Source: a virus
Virus record (IMG/VR): IMGVR_UViG_3300043409_002154
Coordinates: 1-64,000 of that record
Length of the DNA: 64,000 bases
Strand: one strand, 5' to 3'
Made by a program: the position numbers and the translations under genes. Position 1 is the stretch's first letter, and the number at the start of each line of letters is the position of its first letter. This document shows, one piece after another, positions 8,919-20,701 of the stretch. The notes below the pieces were generated by a model. It saw only the letters and a program-made list of their open reading frames with translations, ran no database searches and was not told the origin of the DNA.

Positions 8919-11900
8919 TTATGGACAATCGTAAGAATTGATAATTTCTCCATTCGATGATGTTCCACCAGATGATATTAGAACTGAACGATAAAAACTA
9001 GAATCATCTGATAATAAATGCCATAGATTATCTCCCGAATATATTGAAGTTAAACTTGGATTAATATAAATTATCTTTCCTGTGATTGAACCTCCAACAG
9101 GGGGCGCTAACCACACATCTAATGTTACGGTTCCACCTATACAAGCATCCATATTAACCATAAACCCATTCTCATCTAACGTATAATGTATTGCCGGTTG
9201 CGTTGGAGTTGGAGTTATTGTTGGTGTTTGTGTAGGAGTTTCAGTCGGAGTTTGTGTCGGAGTTTGTGTCGGAGTTTGTGTTGGGGTTTCAGTTGGGGTT
9301 TCAGTCGGAGTCTCAGTTGGAGTTTCAGTCGGAGTTAATGTTGGTGTTATTGAAGGGGTAATTGTAATTGTCGGAGTTATTGTTGGTGTCACAGAAATGG
9401 TTGGAGTTATTGTTGGTGTTACAGAAATGGTCGGAGTATTAGTTGGAGTTTCAGTTGGTGTTTGTGTCGGAGTTTCAGTAGTAGTTGGAGTTAATGTTGG
9501 AGTTACTGTACTGGTTGGAGTTAATGTTGGAGTTACTGTACTGGTCGGAGTTGGCGTTAAACATATGGAGTATGACCCAATTGTTTCACCACCATTATCT
9601 AATTCTATAACAATTCCATTGTTACTATAAAATCCTGCAATTACCGTAGAAATAACCTCATTAGCATCATTATAAAAAATTAAATTTTCATCAAAATAAA
9701 TTTCATCACCATAAATGGTTGTTGTGGTACTTCCATAACAAGCTAAATTACTAGTTATTCCACTAATAACCGTAAAACCAAACCTTAAATTTGTAGGTGT
9801 AATTGTTATTGTCGGAGTAATTGTTGGTGTTATTGTTGGAGTAATTGTTGGTGTTATTGAAGGGGTAACCGAAATTGTTGGAGTAATTGTTCTAGTTATT
9901 GAAGGCGTAACTGTTGGTGTTATTGAAGGGGTAACCGATATTGTTGGAGTAATTGTTGGAGTAATTGTTGGAGTAACTGTCTTAGTAGGAGTTATCGTAG
10001 GTGTCACCGTATTAGTAGGGGTAATCGTATTAGTTGGAGTTAATGTTGGGGTTGGGGTTATTATACCAATACAACCATTAGGGTCATCAGAAATAATTTC
10101 TCCAGTTCCTCCAGAAACAAAATACCACGCGGTACCATTAGAATAATAACCATCAGGAGCGAAAACAGTTAGGAATTTATCGCTATATAAAATTTCATAA
10201 ATGTTAGGACCTGGAGCATTTCCTGGTGCAGTATACACACTTGTTGACGCTGACCAATAATTATTACAAGCCTCATATGTTGTTAAACTATCATAACCTA
10301 ATTGATACTCATAATATATTGGAGTTGATGTTGGAGTTAAAGTCGGGCTTGGTGTTAAAGTTATTGTTGGTGTTATAGTCGGTGTCGGAGTTAAAGTTAT
10401 TGTTGGAGTTAAAGTTGGAGTGATTGTAGTAGTTACAGTAGGAGTTGGGGTAACATCTGGAGAATATACGCAAGAAATATCGTAATTAATTTTTAAATTA
10501 ATTTGTAAATTAATTGCCGCGTCTTCATAACATCTGATTTTTACATCAAAGGTATTTTCAATAATATTGACATCTACTTTGCTAACAATCTCAAAAGATT
10601 CAATAGCGTCTTTAACATTTTCAGCCCAAACATTATCAGGCGGATAGTCATTTAAAGTATCCCCACTATAAAAAAGAAGTGATACATACTCTGTATTAAG
10701 AAAAACCTCTACGTAAAATAAAGTTTTATTTAAAATACATCCTATATCATTTGAAGTTAAATCAAAATACCCTTCAACAACCATCTGTTCCGCACTTCTT
10801 TTTAAAATTTGGCCGTCATTTGTAAAAACCGAGTTACATATTTCAAAAGTACCCCCACTTGATATAATCATATCACCTAAGATTTGAGCACTAGCTGAAG
10901 TTGTACATCCAATACCATCAGTAACAAAAACAGTATAAGTTCCGGCGGTTAAATTTGTTGCGGTAATTCCAGTATATCCGTTACTCCATAAAATAGTAAA
11001 AGGAGTGTCTCCATTTGTTATATTAACGGAAGCGGTACCATAACCTCCACCATAAGCGTTGGTTGTGGTTATAAATGTACTAGTAACATTTGCCCCATTA
11101 ATTTCAAAACTTTTACTAATAACACAATTTAAAGTTGTATCTGTTACAGAAACTGTGTAGTTTCCAAATGGTAAATTTTCAAAAGTTGCAATATTTGACG
11201 GACTAAAAATTCCCCCTTGTCCTGAAACTTCATAATTAAATGGTCCAATTGCTCTTGAATCTAATTCTATTTTAACAATTCCATCAGTCCCTAAACATGT
11301 TGTTCCTGTTGTAGTAAAACTAAAATCAAACAATGTATTGGCAGATACTGTAATAGGATATGAATATGTACACCCTCCACCACCAACAAATAAAGTATAA
11401 TTACCACTAGTAATATTTGTAAAAACATAACTACTACTTGAAGTTGTAAAAGTTTGACTTATTGTACCCCCAGTTAAAGAGTACGTATATGGCCCAGATG
11501 AGCCAAATAAAAACACTTCAATTGACCCTGTTGGTATGGTACAATCCGGATTTATAACGTTAATATTACCAACTGTTATTGCCCCAGGGATAAACACATT
11601 AGTACTAGTATTAAATTTACATAACGCAGCGTCAGTAACTTCAATAGAAAAATTTCCTGAAGGTATGTTGTAAAACGTTTCAGTGTTGCTAAATGATATT
11701 TTAACTTCTCCTGTTGATGCGGAATAATAATATGGTGTGGTTCCTCCAGTTATTGTAACTGTTACTTCGCCATCATTTGCCGAACAACTTGGAGGTATTG
11801 ATATTATACTCCCTAAACCTAATTGACCGACAGTGCCTACAACAACCCCTTTATTTAAAAAACAATTTGCGGAATCTCTTACTGTAACGTTATAATTGCC

Positions 11901-12584
11901 AGCGTTTAAATCAATTAATGAAGAATTAGTACTACCATCATTCCAAAGATACGTAAACGGAGCAACCCCCGTTAACCCAGTTATATATATTTTACCAGAA
12001 TTAGTTATACATGAAGAATCGTTCACTATATAAAACCCATAATCAATTGGAATACTTTCTTTAATTATAAAAGATGGAGTTTCCCCAATACACCCAGTTC
12101 CATCGTCAATTTTTATGTAATATACACTAGCCGGTAAATTATTAAAATTTGCAAATTGGTCAATTGTTTGAACTGACGACCTAAAACCAAAAACCGCATC
12201 ATATAATGAATAAGTTAAAACATTAGTACCAAAATTATTGGCTTGAACTAAAACCCCACCGTTATTAAGGTTACAGGTTGTGTTATCAACAGTTATAATT
12301 GTACCAGTAGTTCCAGTGGTTAATGTAAATTGTTGAGCATACTGCTGACCATCTGAAGGGTCAAATAATGTAAAACTATAAAACTCTGGATTTAAATTTT
12401 CTAACCTATACGTTGTTGGTTTTCCGGCGTAAGTTATAAATCGACTTTCAGGTATTAAATATTGAGGAGACAACCAAGTTATTTGAACACTAGTTGTCGG
12501 CCCAATACCTAATTCTAAATTAAAAACCCCAGAACTAGTTCCAGAACAATCACCAGTGTATGTTACTACATAACTAAACGCCAT
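8919..12584 (-). CDS. Adhesin-like virion protein: SprB-like repeats, then Pro-Thr linkers separating three small Cys-bounded domains
   Basis: Repeats such as [29 protein letters not shown] and C...DG resemble Bacteroidetes SprB repeats. Confidence 0.7.
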   Translation of the reverse strand: MAFSYVVTYTGDCSGTSSGVFNLELGIGPTTSVQITWLSPQYLIPESRFITYAGKPTTYRLENLNPEFYSFTLFDPSDGQQYAQQFTLTTGTTGTIITVDNTTCNLNNGGVLVQANNFGTNVLTYSLYDAVFGFRSSVQTIDQFANFNNLPASVYYIKIDDGTGCIGETPSFIIKESIPIDYGFYIVNDSSCITNSGKIYITGLTGVAPFTYLWNDGSTNSSLIDLNAGNYNVTVRDSANCFLNKGVVVGTVGQLGLGSIISIPPSCSANDGEVTVTITGGTTPYYYSASTGEVKISFSNTETFYNIPSGNFSIEVTDAALCKFNTSTNVFIPGAITVGNINVINPDCTIPTGSIEVFLFGSSGPYTYSLTGGTISQTFTTSSSSYVFTNITSGNYTLFVGGGGCTYSYPITVSANTLFDFSFTTTGTTCLGTDGIVKIELDSRAIGPFNYEVSGQGGIFSPSNIATFENLPFGNYTVSVTDTTLNCVISKSFEINGANVTSTFITTTNAYGGGYGTASVNITNGDTPFTILWSNGYTGITATNLTAGTYTVFVTDGIGCTTSASAQILGDMIISSGGTFEICNSVFTNDGQILKRSAEQMVVEGYFDLTSNDIGCILNKTLFYVEVFLNTEYVSLLFYSGDTLNDYPPDNVWAENVKDAIESFEIVSKVDVNIIENTFDVKIRCYEDAAINLQINLKINYDISCVYSPDVTPTPTVTTTITPTLTPTITLTPTPTITPTITLTPSPTLTPTSTPIYYEYQLGYDSLTTYEACNNYWSASTSVYTAPGNAPGPNIYEILYSDKFLTVFAPDGYYSNGTAWYFVSGGTGEIISDDPNGCIGIITPTPTLTPTNTITPTNTVTPTITPTKTVTPTITPTITPTISVTPSITPTVTPSITRTITPTISVTPSITPTITPTITPTITPTITITPTNLRFGFTVISGITSNLACYGSTTTTIYGDEIYFDENLIFYNDANEVISTVIAGFYSNNGIVIELDNGGETIGSYSICLTPTPTSTVTPTLTPTSTVTPTLTPTTTETPTQTPTETPTNTPTISVTPTITPTISVTPTITPTITITPSITPTLTPTETPTETPTETPTETPTQTPTQTPTQTPTETPTQTPTITPTPTQPAIHYTLDENGFMVNMDACIGGTVTLDVWLAPPVGGSITGKIIYINPSLTSIYSGDNLWHLLSDDSSFYRSVLISSGGTSSNGEIINSYDCP

Positions 12585-12587
12585 AAT

Positions 12588-15500
12588 TTATATACTAAAT
12601 ATTTTTACAAATGAAAAGTTTATGAATAAAGATAATTCAAAATTTATTTCAGCATCATTAGTACCGCAAACAGAATTAAAAATAACTAAAGTGTTTGAAT
12701 CGGGCTCATAATATTCATAACCATAAGTTTCATTTAAATTATCTAAAGCTTGTCTCAAATAATTATCATAATTTAAATTCGCATCTGAAAAAGTTGATGC
12801 TCCTGGCGGGTATGAAACACCATACCCACCGGTTAACCCATTACCATTAAAAAATGGAACAGATTCAACAATCTCACCTTCAATTTTAATAACTATATTC
12901 CAAGTTGTGGTTAAGGTATTAAATTGAATACCCTGAACTAATGTTCCAGAACTTGTTAAAAAATTTTGCCAAACTTGATTTAAAACACCTGAAAAATCTG
13001 AAAAATTTACATTTACATTCCATGGATATTTTGAACAAACAACGGTTTGAATTGGACAATCGGTATTGTAAATAGAAACAATTTGTGAACACGGTCTACA
13101 CGGTATCGGTATTAATTGACAACCCATTTGTCTTCTCCAAGCATATTTTTGTCTATGAAAAATTGAATTTTCAATCCTAACTCCAGTATTCCATATAGTT
13201 GTCGCAGGAACCATTTGTTCTATTAGTTTAATCCAATATGAACCTAATCCTTGCACATATTCTATCAAATTATTGTAATTGTAATTATTATTTTGAATAC
13301 CAACTTCTTTTTCAGATTCTAAATATCTCCAATAAATTGACTGTAATGTTGGATATCCACTTGTCTTACCATCATAACTAAATAACCTATTTCTAACATT
13401 AATGGTGTTTAACCAAAATGTTTGAGCGAATTCAAAAAATGTTTTATTTTTTGGTTGAGGGTTAATTACCGTCCAATCAATCCCACCTCTTTTTGGATAA
13501 TTTGAGTCCGGAGTTGGGTTACAATGTGTTGGGGTTATATAATCTAACCCTTGATTAGGTATTGGATAATTATAAATACGCGACATTGTCCACACATCAT
13601 AAAGTATTCCTTGAGACGGGTTTAAAAAAACATCCGTATTTTTTACGTTAATAACTAGTTTATCATTAGAAGTATAATAATACGCATTTATATTACCGTC
13701 TAAATTTACTCTTTGGCCTGTTTCATAATCAACCCAACTTTTATTATTATCTATTTGAGACCTAATATTAAACCCCAAATTCATATAAGGAAAATATCTA
13801 AAACGATTTAAATATACTTCACCATAATTAAATGGCAATAAACTCGTTTGAAAATTAGGATTATTACCAGTAAAAACCGCATTTGTTGGGTTAGTACTTG
13901 CAGGGGCTCTGTGTTGTGGGGTTTGTTGATACCATCCACTACCTATTTGATAAAAAAAACTGTCACTATTAACCGGTGACATTGGATATCCATTTTCATC
14001 AATTGGGTATTCATCTAAAGTGGAAGTAACGTCCTGAAAAGATAATAATGTAGTGTACCCAGTATAAGTCACTCCAGATATTTTAAAAGTATTACCATCC
14101 TCAAGAATAGGCAATTCAGTAACTAATGTTCCTCCAGATATTTTAGCAAATTGTAAATCAAATTGGTTAACATTTATCCTTTGGTCAGCCAAATAAACAT
14201 ATTCATTTATCTCAACTAAAGAATCCGGAGCTCCAATTAATCTTAATAACATTTCAATAGATTTTCTAGTTCCTTTAGATTTAAATAAATGGGCGGAATT
14301 TAAAATTAAATTTCTATAATATTGATAATTTAATTCGTCAGGAGTTGTTTCTACAGCGACCCCAGAAAATTGTGATTTATTTGAATTTTGTTTTCCAAAT
14401 ACAGAGCTCAATAATTGGTCGTTAGATATTGGTGAAAAATTTGTACTCCACCCTAAAGTTCTTGATAAATTTTTTAATAATTGCGAAGGTATATCGTCCC
14501 CAACATTATAATTAACAGAATTCATGTTAGATAATGCCGAGATAAACTTTTGAGTTTCATCAAAACTTCTACCATAAATTTGTAATATTTTTTCAACTTT
14601 TTGGTCTGAAGTGTCAAAATCTTTTAATGCCGCTGTTGTTAAAAAACGAGATATTAAATTTGTTCTATATAAATCAAATTCATCTCCAACATTATTTAAA
14701 CTAACTAAATAATTGTTAAAATTTTGAGTTATAATATCTAAATTCCAAGGCCCATAAAAAGGCCAGCTTAAAATTTTATTAGAAATATAATATTCCCCAT
14801 CATCAGTAATACTTGGTATTTTAAAAGTAGCGGTATATTTTGGTGTTACATTTCTATTTAATAAAAAATTTTCAACCTCATCTAAAGTTTCATTAAAAAC
14901 TTTATTAACTTCAAAATCATTTGGTCGTATAATTAAATTTTTATATGTTACAGTTTCCCCTGAAAAAGGATTACCATTTATATAAATTTTTAAAATACCA
15001 TTTGTTAATGAAATTGTTGGTACAATTCTAGTTAAATTATAACCTTCATCGTCAACATATAATGAATATTTATTAAAATTAACTGTTAAATTTCTTAAAT
15101 ACGACACTTCAATTTCCCTAAGAGATAAATTTCTTGTGGCGTTTACACTAAAATCAATATCAAAAGGATTTCGTATTTTTTCAATATTTAACTCAAAATT
15201 TGTTTCATTAGTTTCCTGGTCAAATATAATATTCATTGCCGTTGCTCCAGTTGTAAAATCAATTCCAAATAAAAGAGATTCTATTGCTCCAGGAAAATAA
15301 TTAATAATTTTAGTAACTGAAGATGATAATCTTTTAACTAACGAACCGTATTGCGTAAAATTAGTAACTTGACTTAAATCAAAATTTGGATAAACTTTAA
15401 AGTTATTTTCAATTAATTCTTTTGATTCCTCAATACTATTAATCCCTAAAGTTTCTAAATTTATTGGACTGGAAAATACACCAATTGAAAAGTTTCGGTC

Positions 15501-15647
15501 TGTTTTTTCTGAAATGGTTGTAGTAAACACAAAATTTCCTTGTGTAAGACCACCACCTTGAACTGTTTGCATCCCAACTAAATCATCCGAAAATGTACCT
15601 TTACCTGAAACTGATTGGGGGATAGAAATGTATTTTTTAACCGCCAT
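12588..15647 (-). CDS. Baseplate/tail structural protein (gp7/P2 gpI-like motif)
   Basis: LFKSKGTRKSIEMLLRLIG resembles the KGT motif of baseplate wedge proteins; it lies downstream of the gp6-like gene. Confidence 0.55.
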   Translation of the reverse strand: MAVKKYISIPQSVSGKGTFSDDLVGMQTVQGGGLTQGNFVFTTTISEKTDRNFSIGVFSSPINLETLGINSIEESKELIENNFKVYPNFDLSQVTNFTQYGSLVKRLSSSVTKIINYFPGAIESLLFGIDFTTGATAMNIIFDQETNETNFELNIEKIRNPFDIDFSVNATRNLSLREIEVSYLRNLTVNFNKYSLYVDDEGYNLTRIVPTISLTNGILKIYINGNPFSGETVTYKNLIIRPNDFEVNKVFNETLDEVENFLLNRNVTPKYTATFKIPSITDDGEYYISNKILSWPFYGPWNLDIITQNFNNYLVSLNNVGDEFDLYRTNLISRFLTTAALKDFDTSDQKVEKILQIYGRSFDETQKFISALSNMNSVNYNVGDDIPSQLLKNLSRTLGWSTNFSPISNDQLLSSVFGKQNSNKSQFSGVAVETTPDELNYQYYRNLILNSAHLFKSKGTRKSIEMLLRLIGAPDSLVEINEYVYLADQRINVNQFDLQFAKISGGTLVTELPILEDGNTFKISGVTYTGYTTLLSFQDVTSTLDEYPIDENGYPMSPVNSDSFFYQIGSGWYQQTPQHRAPASTNPTNAVFTGNNPNFQTSLLPFNYGEVYLNRFRYFPYMNLGFNIRSQIDNNKSWVDYETGQRVNLDGNINAYYYTSNDKLVINVKNTDVFLNPSQGILYDVWTMSRIYNYPIPNQGLDYITPTHCNPTPDSNYPKRGGIDWTVINPQPKNKTFFEFAQTFWLNTINVRNRLFSYDGKTSGYPTLQSIYWRYLESEKEVGIQNNNYNYNNLIEYVQGLGSYWIKLIEQMVPATTIWNTGVRIENSIFHRQKYAWRRQMGCQLIPIPCRPCSQIVSIYNTDCPIQTVVCSKYPWNVNVNFSDFSGVLNQVWQNFLTSSGTLVQGIQFNTLTTTWNIVIKIEGEIVESVPFFNGNGLTGGYGVSYPPGASTFSDANLNYDNYLRQALDNLNETYGYEYYEPDSNTLVIFNSVCGTNDAEINFELSLFINFSFVKIFSI

Positions 15648-16555
15648 TATTTTGTTATATTTGCAAAATTCTTGCTAAAATCAATATTATTATCTCTATT
15701 TTCTTTAACCTCATATAATAAAGCATTGTATTGGTCTCTAATCTCATACAAATTATATTGTTTGAAAATATTATTATCAAAATCATACATTGTATAGATT
15801 CCATCTTCCATAGATTTTGTTTGGTTACCAAATAACCCAACAGATAATGTTGACATATCATTATCAACAATCTCTATTTCTGTAGTTATTGGATTAAAAA
15901 AAGTATTTGTTATAATAATACTTTGATTTGGTTGTCCAATATATGGAATAGCATTTGGTTTATTTGTTGGTGCCGCAGAAGGAGTTAATGTACAAAAAAC
16001 TAAATTTGTGTTATTATCGGTGTACCGATATCTAATTGCTTTTTGTGAAGAATTAGTTAAATTTTGTATTACTGGCTCACAAAAAAATGATGATGTTATT
16101 AATCTAAAAAAATTAGGTATTTTTGTTCCATCATTATTTAAATACTCAATTCTATAACCAACTAAACCTTGACTTATAAAATTATTTCTATATTGTGACG
16201 GTACTGAATTTATATCAATAATAATTCCTCTAACATTAGGTAGAGCACTTAAAACACCACAATCTAAAATAAGGCATCTTATCTGCGCGGGTCTAATATA
16301 TAACGTATAAATTCCAAGTTTATTAAAAATGTCAGTTGGTAAAGTCATATTATATAACCCACCTAAAATTTCAACATTTGCGTTACCGCCAGTGTTTTGA
16401 TTATTATAATAAGGTCTTAATAACGTCGATGCGTTTAATTTTGTTAAAACAAAGTCATTTGTTTCGTCCCTTGATGGTGTATAATTTAAAATAATTTCTA
16501 CATCGTCAGGTGATACATCACTAGGTCTTGTTGTTCCGTATGTTCCTACAGCCAT
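15647..16555 (-). CDS. Hypothetical protein, probably structural
   Basis: 302-aa ORF; its stop overlaps the next start (TAATG). Confidence 0.75.
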   Translation of the reverse strand: MAVGTYGTTRPSDVSPDDVEIILNYTPSRDETNDFVLTKLNASTLLRPYYNNQNTGGNANVEILGGLYNMTLPTDIFNKLGIYTLYIRPAQIRCLILDCGVLSALPNVRGIIIDINSVPSQYRNNFISQGLVGYRIEYLNNDGTKIPNFFRLITSSFFCEPVIQNLTNSSQKAIRYRYTDNNTNLVFCTLTPSAAPTNKPNAIPYIGQPNQSIIITNTFFNPITTEIEIVDNDMSTLSVGLFGNQTKSMEDGIYTMYDFDNNIFKQYNLYEIRDQYNALLYEVKENRDNNIDFSKNFANITK

Positions 16556-16558
16556 AAT

Positions 16559-17791
16559 TTATGTGTTATTAGTTGTTAATATGTTAAAAAATTTATATCC
16601 GTATCTAACCAAATCCCCGATATTGTCAACTTCACCTAACCTTTCAATACTTTCAATCCCAGATATTTTTCCTCTCTCAATAAATACATTAGACTGCAAT
16701 TCTGGCGCATCAATAATATTTAATAATGCCTCATTTTTTGTAATTGCGGAAGAAACTAACCAATCAGACGTAATTCCTGAAGATTCAACAATAAACACTG
16801 TAGTCCCGTCTTTATAATCATAATATGTTATTTCATTAATAGTGTACGCGGTATATAATCCATTTCCTCCTACCCCAAAAAATTCACCAACAACCCCCGA
16901 ACTTCCAGTAACTGGCCCTAATACAAATTTACCCCCAATTAAAGTTGATGTGTTTCCGTATTGAATTAAATCATTTATTGAAGAAGTAGTATAACCAGTG
17001 ATTATAAATGGTGTTGGTACGTAATTTGAAGAAATATGAGCGTCAACATCATTATTTGAATCACCGGTAAATAAATAATTATACTCTAAAGGAGTTGCGG
17101 ACCAACTATTCCCTTGTGGAATAAAATAAGCGGTTCCGTTTGGATTATCAACTTGTGCAAGTTTAAATGGCACATGTATTTTTTTTTGAATAATATTTAT
17201 CCCCCACGGACTCATTCCTGACATTGTTACTAAAAAATCATTTTCAACGTTTTGAATTGCATTACCTCCAGGGGTTTCTCCTTGTGGAACACTATATGTG
17301 TGGGTATAATAATTTGGTGGAAAATCGTTTACAGTTTCTATTGGCGTATTATCCCCCCAATCAATTTTATATTCAGAAAACTCAAGATATTTTTTTACTT
17401 CCCCTCCAGATGTATTATAAATATTCCAAGTATATGGGTCTTGAAGTGTTGATGTAAATAAAAAATTACCCATATCTTCTTTTTGTGAAATAAACCCATC
17501 AAAAACAGAATAATACCCTAAATCAATATTTGTTTCTGTGAATAAAATTGGTATCGTTAACCCAGTTAATATTGACACCCCATTAGTCCCTCCAGATAAT
17601 ATTTGAGTCATTGATGAATACACATAAGTTTCACCCGTAATAAAATCGGTTATTGTTGTAGGTATTACCTCGTCACAACAAGGGTCTGGCTCCGTAGGAA
17701 TATTATATGTCCCACCAGTATAATAAAATTTAAAAATTTTATTTTTTATATTTTCCGGAGAAATATTTATTTTATAGTATCTGTCGTTCAT
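16559..17791 (-). CDS. Hypothetical structural protein with a PKD-like segment
   Basis: YKIDWGDNT...YTHTY matches the WGDG/H.Y PKD pattern; rich in [ST]GxT. Confidence 0.65.
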   Translation of the reverse strand: MNDRYYKINISPENIKNKIFKFYYTGGTYNIPTEPDPCCDEVIPTTITDFITGETYVYSSMTQILSGGTNGVSILTGLTIPILFTETNIDLGYYSVFDGFISQKEDMGNFLFTSTLQDPYTWNIYNTSGGEVKKYLEFSEYKIDWGDNTPIETVNDFPPNYYTHTYSVPQGETPGGNAIQNVENDFLVTMSGMSPWGINIIQKKIHVPFKLAQVDNPNGTAYFIPQGNSWSATPLEYNYLFTGDSNNDVDAHISSNYVPTPFIITGYTTSSINDLIQYGNTSTLIGGKFVLGPVTGSSGVVGEFFGVGGNGLYTAYTINEITYYDYKDGTTVFIVESSGITSDWLVSSAITKNEALLNIIDAPELQSNVFIERGKISGIESIERLGEVDNIGDLVRYGYKFFNILTTNNT

Positions 17792-17803
17792 TTATCTCAT
17801 TTA

Positions 17804-18625
17804 TTAAGGGGATAATGGATTTAAATACTCATACATTTTTATAGGATTATTTTCAGTTCCAATTCTTTGATTTTCCACATCAAAAACTTGGTAAGTTTTA
17901 TTATCATAATCAAATACAACTTTATTATAAAAATAATCTTTATCGCTAAATCTCCACCAATTACCAGCATTTAATGGAGAAGAAAATTGTCCTTTATTCA
18001 TTAATCTAATAAACTGTCCCAATTTCGCATCAAAAAATTTTGCCGACATATAAAATGTATCAATATTGTAAAACTCTTTATCTCTTAACCAATAAAGAAA
18101 AAAACCTTCTTTATCCCCAATATAATCCAATTTAAAAATTGGTTTTTTTATTTTTTGAGACGGTAAATATTGTGATAAAAAAACCTCTGTAGTTTCTCCT
18201 TGACTAGTCGGAATAATTACCGTAAAATAATTAATCTGATTAGCCCCACTTGTAGTATCATAAAAATCCAATTTAAAAAAAGAATTTGTAAACGACCTTC
18301 TTTGATAATACAAATCAGATATTGTAAATGTTTGTTGTATATAACTAGGTAACCAAGAAGTACTAGTTGCCGCGGTAAATGTATTATATGATGGCGTCCC
18401 TGAATAAAAATTAAATTCATAATTAATACTAGACTTACCCTCATAATCCGCATGAGCAAACCTAGAAATTTCAAAGTTTTTAGGCGGTCCAATAACCTCT
18501 TTAGTTATAATGTCTTGATATTCTTGTATAGAATTTTCCCTATCCAAAAAATCCCATTTTATTTCTATCGGTATAGAAATATTTTTATTAACGTTATTTA
18601 ATAATATTTTATAGTTATTATTCAC
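17804..18625 (-). CDS. Hypothetical structural protein
   Basis: 273-aa ORF in a tightly packed operon. Confidence 0.75.
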   Translation of the reverse strand: MNNNYKILLNNVNKNISIPIEIKWDFLDRENSIQEYQDIITKEVIGPPKNFEISRFAHADYEGKSSINYEFNFYSGTPSYNTFTAATSTSWLPSYIQQTFTISDLYYQRRSFTNSFFKLDFYDTTSGANQINYFTVIIPTSQGETTEVFLSQYLPSQKIKKPIFKLDYIGDKEGFFLYWLRDKEFYNIDTFYMSAKFFDAKLGQFIRLMNKGQFSSPLNAGNWWRFSDKDYFYNKVVFDYDNKTYQVFDVENQRIGTENNPIKMYEYLNPLSP

Positions 18626-20687
18626 AATTATCTGTTATTGGTGAGTTTTCGGATGTTGTCTCATCATACCAATAAGTAGTCCCTTCTGGTATTAATCTAA
18701 AAGTAAACGAACTAAATGGATAATGAGCATTGTTTATAAATGGATAATCAACCCCTTTTGAATTTGACTTATTAATACCATATGGTAAAAAATCTCTCCA
18801 AATAAATAAATTTTGAGACTTTGAAAAATATGCGTAATTTGGGATATCAACAACAGAACTCTCAGCGGTTTCAATATATTCTGAAAATTCTTTTATTTTT
18901 ATAGAATAATGTGGGTTATAATAATATCCATATGGATTAAGATTATAAATGGTGTTAGGTGTAAAGGCCGTAACAAAATTTAACCCTGTTGGTATAGGCG
19001 TAGTTGGTTGAATATTTGGCATTTGTAAATTAAATGAACTATAACCATCCTCATCAACTCCATCATAAATGGTCGCAGTAATATTTGGGTAAAAACTAAA
19101 ATTTGCTGGGTTAAAATATATTTTATGATTAACTTTAGAAATTACTTTTTCAATTTGTTCACTTTCATTCCATTCACAAAAATCACCATCAATAATGTCA
19201 TCTTTTTTAAGTGAGTTAACATAATAAAAAGTTTTATCATTTTTTGTATAACTTGTAAATTCTATATTTGAATGATTTAACCCTCCATTAGATGTTCCCC
19301 AAAAAGATTGCGGTAATGGTACTAATCCTTGTTTTGTTTCTCCAGAAAAATTTATTGGAAATTTAACATAAATTGTTTGGTCTTTCATTCCTAAATTAAA
19401 ATCCCAACCTCTTTTTAAATAGTTTGGGTTAATTCCGTTAGGCCCACCGTAAGTCCACCCTAAATATCCTTTCCAGATTGTTGTTAAAAATAACTCAGAA
19501 ATTGGTCTTTTTTGATTATCAAAAATATTTGAGGTATTAAAATCTTTATTTAACGTAATATTATATGTTTGAGAACCTTCTTTAATTGAAACTCTTGATT
19601 TATAATCAGGCGTTGTTGAAGCACTCTCATACTTTTTATTAACCCCAAAAACATTTTTTTCGAACCCGGTTTTAGTTAAAACAATATCTTCAGAAGGAAC
19701 TAATATTTTATGCAATCGTACATAATATTTAGAAGTGGTATCACCAGTATTATCAATTGATATTACTCTTTTAGCCGCCCCTTCATTATCTTGATTAAAG
19801 GCCGTACCTGTATACCCTAAATTTGCAATATTAAAAACATGCTCATCGGTTCCATATTGTCCATTCCCCAAAGAAAAAACTTGAAATACATTAATACTAC
19901 TTGAAAAACCAGTATATGGTAATTTATTAGTGTTAATGTCATTACTATTATATATTTTTAACTTAACAAATTCGCCGGGGGTTAACCCATGTTTAACCGG
20001 ACAAGAAAAACGTATAATTCTAGTTCCTTGATATGTAACATTATCACTACTGCCAACACTAATTCTAAATGGTATACCTTCATTTGCGTTCCAATTTACA
20101 TCCCCTTTTTGAGCCCCAGTTTCTTTAGGGTCTAAAAAAGCACTCATTTCTAATGTTGTACTACTAAATGGATAAGTTAAATAAAATTCCCAATTATACG
20201 TTCCAGCACTTTTAGAGTTAAAAACTATTTGTTCAGTTAAATTTTCAATACCCGGAGCTTTAGTATATCCAGTTACATTATAATCATTTCTAATAAAATC
20301 AAATTCATTATATTGCGGAAATCCTGACCAGATAACCGCATTATTTTTACTACCAATTGGAATTGTATTATCATTAAAAACAGAACATGCTAAATAAGAC
20401 GCTTTATTCTCATTTACATAATATAAGTTATTTTCAAATGGAGGATAATTTGTAGTCCCAGAATAAAAATTTTTAAATAATAAATCTATTTTAAATGTTG
20501 GTCTAAAGATTGTGGATAATTCTCTCTCATCATTATATAATTGAACTAAGTCAACATTAGAAACCCTATCATACTGAATTAATTCTTTAACATTTTGTTC
20601 AAATGGAATAGGTATAATTAAGTTTGAATTTGGAGCTGATTTATATTTTAAACTCCCTAATAATATTTTTATTCCGTCTCGACTCAT
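18618..20687 (-). CDS. Hypothetical structural protein
   Basis: 689-aa ORF; overlaps the next gene by 8 nt. Confidence 0.75.
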   Translation of the reverse strand: MSRDGIKILLGSLKYKSAPNSNLIIPIPFEQNVKELIQYDRVSNVDLVQLYNDERELSTIFRPTFKIDLLFKNFYSGTTNYPPFENNLYYVNENKASYLACSVFNDNTIPIGSKNNAVIWSGFPQYNEFDFIRNDYNVTGYTKAPGIENLTEQIVFNSKSAGTYNWEFYLTYPFSSTTLEMSAFLDPKETGAQKGDVNWNANEGIPFRISVGSSDNVTYQGTRIIRFSCPVKHGLTPGEFVKLKIYNSNDINTNKLPYTGFSSSINVFQVFSLGNGQYGTDEHVFNIANLGYTGTAFNQDNEGAAKRVISIDNTGDTTSKYYVRLHKILVPSEDIVLTKTGFEKNVFGVNKKYESASTTPDYKSRVSIKEGSQTYNITLNKDFNTSNIFDNQKRPISELFLTTIWKGYLGWTYGGPNGINPNYLKRGWDFNLGMKDQTIYVKFPINFSGETKQGLVPLPQSFWGTSNGGLNHSNIEFTSYTKNDKTFYYVNSLKKDDIIDGDFCEWNESEQIEKVISKVNHKIYFNPANFSFYPNITATIYDGVDEDGYSSFNLQMPNIQPTTPIPTGLNFVTAFTPNTIYNLNPYGYYYNPHYSIKIKEFSEYIETAESSVVDIPNYAYFSKSQNLFIWRDFLPYGINKSNSKGVDYPFINNAHYPFSSFTFRLIPEGTTYWYDETTSENSPITDNCE

Positions 20688-20701
20688 TTTAATTTAGTAT
20701 T

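Noticed and set aside
7586-9630. Plus-strand (GVIV)n ORFs
   Set aside because: Antisense shadows of the TPT repeats.
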